Positions 56,601 to 64,000 of a DNA stretch of 64,000 nucleotides are shown here, piece after piece. A program made the position numbers and the translations under genes. Origin of the DNA: Caecitellus pseudoparvulus (taxonomy: Eukaryota > Protista > Bigyra: Bicosoecida); the NCBI GenBank assembly GCA_965644315.1, contig CBFFRQ010000066.1, forward strand, positions 248,001 through 312,000, given 5' to 3'. Below the pieces are notes generated by a model. It had not been told where the DNA came from, did no database searches, and saw nothing but the letters and a program-made list of their open reading frames with translations. The stretch's first letter is position 1; each line of letters begins with the position of its first letter.

Positions 56601-57367
56601 CGCTGGAGGCCCAGACCAGCTCGGCGCTGCATGCCAAGGGCCTGCTGTCTCACACTGTGGATTTGCTGGCAGACTTGGAGACTGTGATGGCCCGCGGGGC
56701 AGCCCTGGCCGCGGCCTGCGCACCCCACTGGGAGGGTAGCGGCTGGTTGCCGGAGCCGGTGTGGCCGCTGCTGCACCCAGCACATGGGTACCCGTACATA
56801 CTCACCGAGCCAGCCGTGCAGTGGGGCATGCTGCGGTCTTGGTGTCGGGGTGCGGAGGATGGGGCTCCCTTGCCGGAAGGCCCCGTGGCTGCCGAAGAGT
56901 GGGTGGCGCTGCAGGTGGCCACGGCACAGCGCAGGCGCCGTTTCCTGTGGCACGAGTGCCCTGCCTGTACGGTGACAGTGCTCGGCTCTGAAGAAGGTTG
57001 GGGCGCCGCCGTCGCGCTGGCGACGTCCACCAGCGTGGCAGCACTGAGTGCTCAGCCTGGGCAGCACTGGGCGCAGCCATCCGAAGTGCAGTACGCCTTT
57101 ACGTGCAGTCAACCGCGCACTGTGACAGGGAACCCCGCTCTTGGCCCCCCCCCCCTTCCTGTACAAGCCTCCCACCGCGTGACGCTGACGCTTCGCGATG
57201 CTGAGGCGGCAGTGAAGGTGTTGCAGGTGTGCCGTGCGGGGGACGCGCAAGCACGGGTGGCGCTTGGGCTGGAGAGCTCTGGTAGTGTCAGCCACATGTC
57301 TGAGCCTGCACCTCAGAGCCTCAATGCTGTTCATGTCGCGCTGGTGCTGGGGCAGTGGCTGGCGTGA
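53603..57367 (+). CDS. RAB3GAP1: Rab3 GTPase-activating protein catalytic subunit (Rab3GAP1)
   Basis: N-terminal TDYSSACSMEE..VE; CLLHQKLQLLQLCI, TED, LRSDMSAFKAANPGAILADFVRWHSPKDW, and LSERM (catalytic Arg motif), then W...W. Confidence 0.88.
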   Translation: MAVRAVSPGHDEWTDYSSACSMEEAMSFVEQCLRQLALSGAGPRAKSSTLGQHQVVATLMAPSASHRRGLAWGRALFREWLPPHSKLILMAPRSEGVGAPIALATGLVSAARVALANASGSISADAPALVLVPLLESARQGILGVGRPSASMPGPGAVLELASDSRSGERWLGRDGAAPSGTAVHQWFQAKVRGGAPLSSRAKPDTGVLSASWAMPAYSLMHQGALREGDVTGRAAAALPSTPAWQREVAGCTPSWQCAALLANPTAAWVTREWGRLVMAAEGEVPHVWGSVRCPLAALSLHAAWPATSMGTGEEEGHPLHGSGNDMRPLLTPSLHSAAALTFTAVWAPGSSVQRAAAGEPPAEGVSASAAAIEGSDAGEVWQLPEIVCIPTPLPSLSLALPSQTGHVTDAAQAYLLSCTVTDAERAVAVCPSPATGDSPWGGVSMVDVAVAAEAELAPQDRRAYVQARQLTGASGGSSGNFDTLQAVESALEPGGTGSTPSAVRLSRAVGTALGSVGRTLAAAAAGAAMLPPAVRLQRLVDEVFSPGRVGQGPLAGVGGGVQQGAMSHAAIPKTAPPMSLLARVALASAALPGLSSVAVLWRMVVGALRAHWEAAQALPHMPAGQAATGALPPHPDPTSCLLHQKLQLLQLCIHHRAAARASHDMAVPGSPVGSQGGDGQADGSGWDTDLDSSSCSTQGGEEDSGGWADGDAGASDSPACTGQGKAGGGPARHGSLGAIPGMFLCQAPSLPMHTPATLPDAAQYQTEDCLLQQAAMLARLGSDEGGSRVRAQLQTSGLRSDMSAFKAANPGAILADFVRWHSPKDWIGDTSTLPPGTPAPDADAPVPSSISALCTGGSLSERMAQSEAHPWHTTWADAPAQAATAQPAPVDITRAAEQALQYCETVPPPDLVLQLGVVQAAASAWCLGQVWEGLQPPADEPSSPAAEVTRTIIQGMQQALEGSIQRAAASAGDVALATAMHGVDGMGPGTQGPEACTAALEAQTSSALHAKGLLSHTVDLLADLETVMARGAALAAACAPHWEGSGWLPEPVWPLLHPAHGYPYILTEPAVQWGMLRSWCRGAEDGAPLPEGPVAAEEWVALQVATAQRRRRFLWHECPACTVTVLGSEEGWGAAVALATSTSVAALSAQPGQHWAQPSEVQYAFTCSQPRTVTGNPALGPPPLPVQASHRVTLTLRDAEAAVKVLQVCRAGDAQARVALGLESSGSVSHMSEPAPQSLNAVHVALVLGQWLA

Positions 57368-57529
57368 TGGTGCTTGCTGCGCGAGGGTGGTGGAACAACA
57401 GAACGCCTGACCGCACAATTAATTACCAACACCCCACCGTCCCGCAACTTAGAACATTAAGCCGCATTTCCGTCCTGCACCTTCAGCTGTGCGCATTTCA
57501 GTGCCAGGAGCCAAGCTCCCCACTGCAGC

Positions 57530-60500
57530 ATGGCAGCGGCCAGCGGCGCACCCGCCGAAGCAGCCGTGGACGAGAGCTTGTACAGGTGCGTGTGGGCAAC
57601 GAGCATGCAGGGTCACCGCTCTCAGTGCACACGACCCCCCCGCCCTCGCCAAGCAGCCGCCAGCTGTACACACTTGGCGTGAAGGCACAGAGCAAGGTTG
57701 GCGGGGCCACTGTGCTCATCAGTGGGCTCGGGGGCCTCGGCGTGGAGATCGCCAAGAACGTCATTCTCGCAGGCGTGAAGAGCGTGACCCTGGTGGATGA
57801 CAAGGCCACCACGCTGCGGGACCTGGGCACGCAGTTTTTCCTGACGGCCGAGGACGTCGGCAAGCCTCGTGCGGAGGCATGTGCTGCCTCGCTGCAGGAG
57901 CTGAATGGCTACGTGTCAGTGGCGACAGCGAAAGGGCCTGTGTCCCAGGAACTGGTGGCTGCCCACTCCATCGTGGTCATGACCGATGCACACGCTGAGG
58001 AGCTGCAGGCGGTGAACGGCTTTGCCCGGGCAAGCGGAGTGCGTTCTGTGCCACTCACCACGCCAAATCCGCAGCGCCACGCCACCCCGCCTGCTCCCCA
58101 ACCCCCCCGCAGAGCAAGTTCCTCGCAGGCAGCACACTGGGCACCATCATGTATGGTTTTGCGGATCTGGGGGACGCGTTCGTGATTCATGACCGTGATG
58201 GCGAGGAGATCAACAGCGGCCTGGTCATCAACGTGGAGGCAGGCAGCAGCACCGTCGTGCACACTGACCCCGAGGGCAACAACGGCCTGCAGAAGGGCAG
58301 CAAGGTGAAGTTCCTGAACCTAGTGGGCTTGACCGCTCTGAATTCCGCGACGGAGGCGTCCGATGAGGGCCCTCTCTTCGACGTCCTGGATGCCACCGCC
58401 ACCACTTTCACGGTGGACGTGGACACCTCTGCCTTCGAGCCATACGTGCGGGGGGGCTACTTCTACGAGGTCAAGCAGGACGAAACGGTGCAGTACAAGC
58501 CCCTGGCAGCCTTCCTCGGCCAGGCTGGCGCTGATGGTGTGGCTGACCTGGAGGCGGTGTTCAACACGACCAATTTCGAGCGCCCTGCGCAGCTGCATGC
58601 CCTGGTGCAGGCCCTGTGGGCGTCACGGCCGCAGACGGCCTGGGGCTCTGACGAGCCATTCCCAGCCCCCGAGGCCATCGTTCAAGCCGCCATCGCCTCC
58701 TACTTGCCCTCTGGCGCCGAGGTGTCGGACGCCGACCGCAAGCAGCTCGTGCAGGCGGCCGCCACTGCCCACGGCGACCTCGTCGCCACTGCTTCCATCC
58801 TGGGCGGCGCCCTGGCACAGGAAGTAATCAAGGCAGCTTCTGGCAGGTACACGCCCCTGCAGCAGTTCCTGTACACTGACCTGACCAACGCCTTGCCTGC
58901 CGAGCTGGCGTCAGACCGTGCACCCACTGGCAGCCGGTACGACGGCCAGATCGCCGTGTTTGGAGCAGCCGTGCAGCAGAAGCTGGCCGACAGCAAGGTC
59001 TTCCTGGTGGGTTCTGGCGCCCTGGGGTGCGAGTTCCTGAAGTGCTTTGCCGCCATGGGCGTCGCCACGTCGCCCGGCGCAGAGGTGGTCGTCACTGACA
59101 TGGACACCATCGAGAAGAGCAACCTGAACCGGCAGTTCTTGTTCCGCCCTCGCCACGTCGGGCAGGCCAAGAGCGAGGTGGCTGCCAGCGCCGCCCTGGC
59201 CATCAATAGTGACATGCATGTGCGGGCGCTGACCATGAAGGTGGCCCCCGAAACGGAGGGCACGTTCACGGCAGAGTTCTGGCGCGGTTTGAGCATGGTC
59301 ATCCCTGCCTTGGACAATGTGCATGCACGCAAGTACGTGGACTCCAAGTGCATTGAGCACAAGCTGGCCATGCTTGAGTCAGGCACACAGGGCACCAAGT
59401 GCCACACAATGGCCTGCCTGCCGGGCAAGAGCGTCAACTACGGCAGTGTGCAGGACCCCCCTGAGAAGGGCATCCCCGTGTGCACGTTGAAGTCCTTCCC
59501 CACCCTGGTGGAGCACACGCTGCAGTGGGCACGGGACGAGTTCGAGGCCTCCTTCCACAACGCGCCCGCTGAGGCGAACCAGTACCTCTCCAGCGACAGC
59601 TACTTTGAGGAAGTGTCGGCGCAGCGCAATGAGAAGGTGGTGCGCCTGCGAGATGCTCACAACGCCCTGGTGGCAGACCTGCCCTGCACGTTTGAGGACA
59701 GCGTCAAGTGGGCGCGGGTGCGCTTCGAGCGCATCTTCAGCCACAACGTCCGGGACCTGCTGCACCAGCATCCCCTGGACAAGACCGACGAGGACGGCAA
59801 CAGCTTCTGGTCTGCAAAGAAGCGCCCACCTGCACCTGCTGTGTTTGACTGGAGTAACCCCTTGCACCGGGCTTTCCTCGTCGCAGGTGCGAACCTGCAC
59901 GCGGGACTGTACGGCATCCCAGCCGTGAATGATGACGCGGCGGGGGAGGCGGTGTTCTTGGCAGCCCTGGAGAAGGCACAGAGCAGTGTTCCGGCTTGGA
60001 CCCCCAGCGGGCAGAAGATCGCTGCCACGGAGGAAGAGGCCAAGGCCTTGGCTAAGGCGGAGGAGGACGCGCAAGACCTTGACGCGGAGGCGGAGCGCCT
60101 GCACAGCACTCTGCCGCCGCGGGAGAGCTTCAAGACGGCGGGCGGCTTGTCGCTGCTGGGCGTGGAGGAGTTTGAGAAGGACGATGACAGCAACCGGCAC
60201 ATGGACTTCATCCACGCCGCTGGCATCATCCGGGCGGTGCAGTATGGAATCCCTGAGAAGAGCCGCCTGGAGAGCAAGAAGATTGTCGGCCGCATTATCC
60301 CCGCCATCGCCACCACGACTGCCATGACGGTGGGATTCGTCGCGGGGGAAGTGTACAAGGTGCTGCTGGGCGCTGAGCTGGAGAAGTTCACCGAGTGGAA
60401 TGTGAACCTGGCCGTGAACTCCTTCGCCTCGTTTGAGCCCAACCCATGCCCCGTGCTGGACGTCAAGGGCACGAAGTACACGCTGTGGGATACACTGGAC

Positions 60501-60869
60501 ATCTCCAAGGCTGATGACGCCGATGAACTAACGTTCGGGGACATCTACACCTTCTTCCGGGGCATGGGCCTGCGCCTCATGTCAGTGTCCACGGGCGCAC
60601 TCTCCCTGTGGAGCGACGACCTGGACGCACCGGTGGAGAGCCTGGACATGGACGATGAGGACGAAGCGGAGGAGGCAGAGGAGTTCATGGAGACGCTGGA
60701 GGAGGGCGTTCTGGAAGTGCTGAACTCGGACGGCGACGAGTCCCTGCACGTGGCAGCGGACGCCCCCTACATCCTGGTGCAGATCGAGGCATGGGACATG
60801 GAAGGCGACATGGACGCTGACGAGCCCCCCAAGGTGGACCTGCCCACTGTGCGCCTCATGTTGCAGTGA
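57530..60869 (+). CDS. UBA1-family monomeric E1 activating enzyme (divergent Ubl-binding surfaces)
   Basis: VDESLYS|RQLYTLG, GLGVEIAKNVILAGVKSVTL, RYDGQIAVFG, VGSGALGCE, DMDTIEKSNLNRQFLFR, ALDNVHAR, catalytic PVCTLKSFP, FEKDDDSN.H, GRIIPAIATTTA, and a C-terminal UFD. Two 5' introns. Confidence 0.93.
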
Positions 60870-60876
60870 ATGCATT
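60869..60876. promoter_or_regulatory. Palindromic AATGCATT, a candidate bidirectional 3'-end/poly(A) signal between convergent genes
   Basis: Reads AATGCA on both strands at the edge of the 42-nt gap between two stop codons. The same hexamer follows many other stops in the window. Confidence 0.5.
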
Positions 60877-60911
60877 GCGAGCCCCACCCGGCAGAAGCAG
60901 GGCTGGGGCAG

Positions 60912-63900
60912 CTACTTGGGAGTGCTGCTTCCAGGCGCAGGTGGCAGGGCAGCCCGCACAAGGCGGGAGGCAACCGCAGCAGCTGCCCCAGCAACAGGCA
61001 GGGCACTAGCCAGGCTAGTCACCTGTTCTTGCACTTGGCGGGTGCTGTCTTGGAGGGCAACCACCAGGGACTGCTGTTGGCCGACGTGGGCGAGAGACAC
61101 ATCATCCTGCGCAGGTAGGTCCGGCACGCCCCTCAACTCCCGCACCTGCCTCTGCAAGGCGTCCAGCACATCTGCTGCACGGGACGTGCGGCGGGCCCGT
61201 GAGGCCTCTGTCGCGGAGTTGGTGTGCGCCAGACTCACAGTCATGGCCCGAATAAAGGCGAGCTCCTCCCCCACTAGCCGCCCTTGCGCCCGCCTCATGC
61301 GCCGCAGGGTGGCGTGCAGGTGCGCTGCGGTGCGCTTGGCGCCTGGGCCCCAGCCAGGCGTGGCATCAGCCTGGTCGACGATGACGTCGCACACGCTGGT
61401 CAAGCGCGGTAACAAGGCCCGCAGAAGGTCCTGGCTGCCCACTCGGCGGGCCAGGAATTCCGCGTGGGTGTAAGCTGGCGGACTCCCGTCTGGGTTGTGG
61501 CTGCGGGGAACAGAGCGGGAGGCTGCCCGGACACGGGAAACCACCCCTGGTGTCCGAGCTGCGCTGACCAGAAGTGCACTGCCACCTGCACGCGAGGGGG
61601 TGGCAACCTTGCGCAGGACTCGTACTGCGTCCTCCACAACACTTAGCATGGTGCGTGTGTTGCTTGCTTGGGCCGTGGCTCGCGGCGAGCGAGGGGACAC
61701 TGTCGTGCGCACACGCAGGTCCGGGGTTGGCGTGGCGCCACTCCCGCCACTATGGGAGGAGCCTTTCGGGCTCGGCAGGGGCGTGGTGCCGGCGCTGGCT
61801 TGCCCGCGTCCTCCAGCATCTGGAGCCGGGAGGAGGGGCGCAAAGAGACCAGACCGGGGTCGTCCCTGCAGCTGCGGGACAGACTCATGGAGCAGCACCA
61901 GCGGCGGAGCGTGCAGTTCCACCGTTCTTCGTTCCGGTAGTGGCAAGGAGTGCGAGCTGAAGGTTTCCGCCGTCAACCACGTCGCAGCAGGAACTTGATC
62001 CCAGCTCACACCCACCAGCCCCGCAGCTCGCGAGGCGGCCAGCAAGCAAGGCAAGTTCACCGTGCCAGCGGCGGCACCGGATGAGGCGCCATCACTTCCG
62101 TGCAACAAAGCCGTCAAGCGGGGGTGCATGGCGGTGCAGCCGGCAGCGCTGGGGTGCAGCACACCGGGAAACGCACTGCAAGCAGCCGGCAGGGTTGCAC
62201 TGCCGGGCTTCTGGCCTTGGCCTTGGTGCAGGCGGGGAGCTGTGGTGAGGAAGGCATCCTTGCCACCCCGGCGGGCCAGGCTGGAGCTACTCTGAGCTGC
62301 TGCGCTGTTCACCAACCGGGAGCTGCGGCCAAGCTCTGCCAAGCCAAAGAATGCGCCTCCATGCAACCTTGCCTGGGAGCAAAGCGCGCCCAGGTTCAGC
62401 GTGGTGCCACTGCCATGCCATAGGCTCTGGAGCATGGCCAGCGACAGAGACGTACGGAGTCCGGCCAGCCGGCGCACCTGGCTTGTCGCCACTTGCTGCA
62501 GTTGCCGCATTTCGGCTGGCTTGCATCCATTGCGACTGAGTTCCAGAAATTTGTTGGACAGGCTGGCCTGGCGCTCCTCCAGCACCTGCACGAGGGCCGA
62601 CACATGGGCAATGGCCGCCGAGGTGGAGGTGAGCAGCAGCTGATTCCACAGACTGGGTGCGCCCACACCCTGCACGCTGGCTTGGGTGGCCTGGGCAATG
62701 TCGAGCGGCGCGTCGAAGGGGGTGCCAAACAGTGCCACACGTGCATCCACCAAGCACCTCCACTCGTTCGCCAGGTGCCCTGCCTTGCCCTGCTGCACCA
62801 ACGCCGCGGCGGCACTGCGAGCACAGGCCAGCAGGTCCTCCTGCAGGGGCTGTGGCAGGGCGGGTAGAGGCGAAGGGGAAGGCCCGAACGCGGGCGATCC
62901 GGCGCTCCAAGACACAAGGGGCGGCAGAAGAGGAGCTGTAGCAAGTATGAGCGGCGAGACGGGTTGGTGCAAGTGCTCAGCAGCATCGCGAAGGAGGGGC
63001 AGCAGGAGGAGCGGATCAGGAACCTGCGGTGGGTCAGCGATGAGAATGGACGTGGGCATGGCGGGGTCGGGTCCCAGCGTGCCACGCAGGAGGGAGACAG
63101 CCCCCTCTTCAGCTCCCACACGGGGGCTGGTGCTGGGCGCCGCTCCACGCCGCAGTGCCGGCCGCATGGCCGCTTCGTCGTCGTACTTGCGCACGAGGGC
63201 GGCCTGGGCGGCGGCGGCAGCTGCCAGCGCAGAGACCGCGCGGGAGACCTCACCAGCAAGGGGGGACAGAGTGTGCCCCTCCACCCACGCAGCACCCATG
63301 GCATACTGTGTTTCCAGCCGGTCGGCGGCCCACGCCCGCATGATGGCCCACGCCACGTCATCCAGTCCAACCCACAGCGGAGTAGCGCCAGCTTTGCCCC
63401 CTCCCACGCTGCACGCGGCAGCCTGAAATGCCTCAGCGGCGGCCCGAACATCGGGATCTTTCACTGATGCGTGCACTGATGGCGTGCCATCGTCGCCTGA
63501 TTCATCCCGGCCGTGGTGCGCCGTGTACGTTAGGGCCTGCAGTCGCTCCTGCAGCCGCTGGGAGATGGTGCCGCCCTTGCCGTGGGTAGCGCCTGCCAGC
63601 ACCTGACACAGGGGCTCCGTCACTGCAAGCACAGCAGCCAGCGGCACCTTCGCATCGGCGCCCGACGCGGAGTAAGCGCCAAGGGCCACCTCCACTGCCG
63701 CAGGCACGTACGAGGCGGAGTCCATGCCGGGTGGTGCAGTGGCTTCCTGGGCTGCGCTGGCGACAGCATTGCCTGGCACCGCCTGGACATCCCCCGGTGG
63801 CATGCAGTTCCCCTGCCACATGCCCGGCGCAGGGAACAGGGGGTGGTACGTTTCCAGCCCCGAGCCCTTCAAGTGCACCCGAAAGGCCCCCACACTGCTG

Positions 63901-63965
63901 GCCCCTTTGGGGGGGTGCGGTAGCGGCGTCGCAGCACCGGGCGGGAGCCGGTCAATGCCCACACT
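60912..63965 (-). CDS. Large hypothetical Ala/Pro-rich protein, 5' part outside the window
   Basis: Open frame of over 1000 codons with coiled-coil-like segments. It begins after a CTCAG acceptor-like site near 63966, and no family motif is recognised. Confidence 0.6.
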   Translation of the reverse strand, partial: SVGIDRLPPGAATPLPHPPKGASSVGAFRVHLKGSGLETYHPLFPAPGMWQGNCMPPGDVQAVPGNAVASAAQEATAPPGMDSASYVPAAVEVALGAYSASGADAKVPLAAVLAVTEPLCQVLAGATHGKGGTISQRLQERLQALTYTAHHGRDESGDDGTPSVHASVKDPDVRAAAEAFQAAACSVGGGKAGATPLWVGLDDVAWAIMRAWAADRLETQYAMGAAWVEGHTLSPLAGEVSRAVSALAAAAAAQAALVRKYDDEAAMRPALRRGAAPSTSPRVGAEEGAVSLLRGTLGPDPAMPTSILIADPPQVPDPLLLLPLLRDAAEHLHQPVSPLILATAPLLPPLVSWSAGSPAFGPSPSPLPALPQPLQEDLLACARSAAAALVQQGKAGHLANEWRCLVDARVALFGTPFDAPLDIAQATQASVQGVGAPSLWNQLLLTSTSAAIAHVSALVQVLEERQASLSNKFLELSRNGCKPAEMRQLQQVATSQVRRLAGLRTSLSLAMLQSLWHGSGTTLNLGALCSQARLHGGAFFGLAELGRSSRLVNSAAAQSSSSLARRGGKDAFLTTAPRLHQGQGQKPGSATLPAACSAFPGVLHPSAAGCTAMHPRLTALLHGSDGASSGAAAGTVNLPCLLAASRAAGLVGVSWDQVPAATWLTAETFSSHSLPLPERRTVELHAPPLVLLHESVPQLQGRPRSGLFAPLLPAPDAGGRGQASAGTTPLPSPKGSSHSGGSGATPTPDLRVRTTVSPRSPRATAQASNTRTMLSVVEDAVRVLRKVATPSRAGGSALLVSAARTPGVVSRVRAASRSVPRSHNPDGSPPAYTHAEFLARRVGSQDLLRALLPRLTSVCDVIVDQADATPGWGPGAKRTAAHLHATLRRMRRAQGRLVGEELAFIRAMTVSLAHTNSATEASRARRTSRAADVLDALQRQVRELRGVPDLPAQDDVSLAHVGQQQSLVVALQDSTRQVQEQVTSLASALPVAGAAAAVASRLVRAALPPAPGSSTPK

Positions 63966-64000
63966 CTGAGACCGCGACCCTGAAGTCTCAGCAAGGCCTG

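Noticed and set aside
1-64000. Prokaryotic operons, CRISPR arrays, transposons or endogenous virophage/viral inserts
   Set aside because: Genes have spliceosomal introns. I found no repeat-spacer arrays, terminal repeats, transposase/integrase/capsid motifs or low-GC island.
1-64000. Alternative genetic code or non-canonical splice sites
   Set aside because: Conserved proteins translate cleanly with the standard code, and every intron I traced is GT-AG. Frame breaks in the ORF track are explained by introns.

Overview
This is eukaryotic nuclear DNA from a compact, GC-rich genome (roughly 60-65% GC by eye). It has short (mostly ~64-105 nt) GT-AG introns with frequent GTGCGT/GTGAGT donors. The host is most plausibly a flagellated protist, possibly a stramenopile; that taxonomy is an inference from gene content and splice style only. 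I reconstruct 23 protein-coding genes and one tRNA-Phe(GAA). In order they are: TMEM231, a TSET-complex TSPOON/LOLITA-like subunit, PIG-W/GWT1, a Sel1-repeat protein, PreY/PYURF, an orphan type-I membrane protein, a giant MARCH6/Doa10-like ligase, a LamG-GH47 mannosidase, a HAD protein, casein kinase 1, a haloalkane dehalogenase-like enzyme, a long-chain acyl-CoA synthetase, TOR, an ASF1-fold-like protein, tRNA-Phe, ALDH3, RAD51, a thioredoxin-like protein, a dsRBD plus degenerate RNase III-like protein, a SHIPPO-repeat protein, BBS9, Rab3GAP1, a UBA1-like E1, and a 5'-truncated orphan. I see no mobile elements, CRISPR arrays or rRNA. Strongest leads: (1) the UBA1-like E1 keeps its catalytic core but has replaced the residues that read ubiquitin, suggesting a different Ubl substrate; (2) AATGCA recurs just downstream of stop codons and is a candidate non-canonical poly(A) signal; (3) a reversed-order dsRBD/pseudo-RNase III protein overlaps an antisense gene; (4) TOR has a remodelled ATP pocket; (5) an intron-containing, bacterial-type HLD-I dehalogenase ends in a peroxisomal PTS1; (6) the tRNA-Phe carries atypical C54 and U20. 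All homology calls come from remembered family motifs, not database searches.
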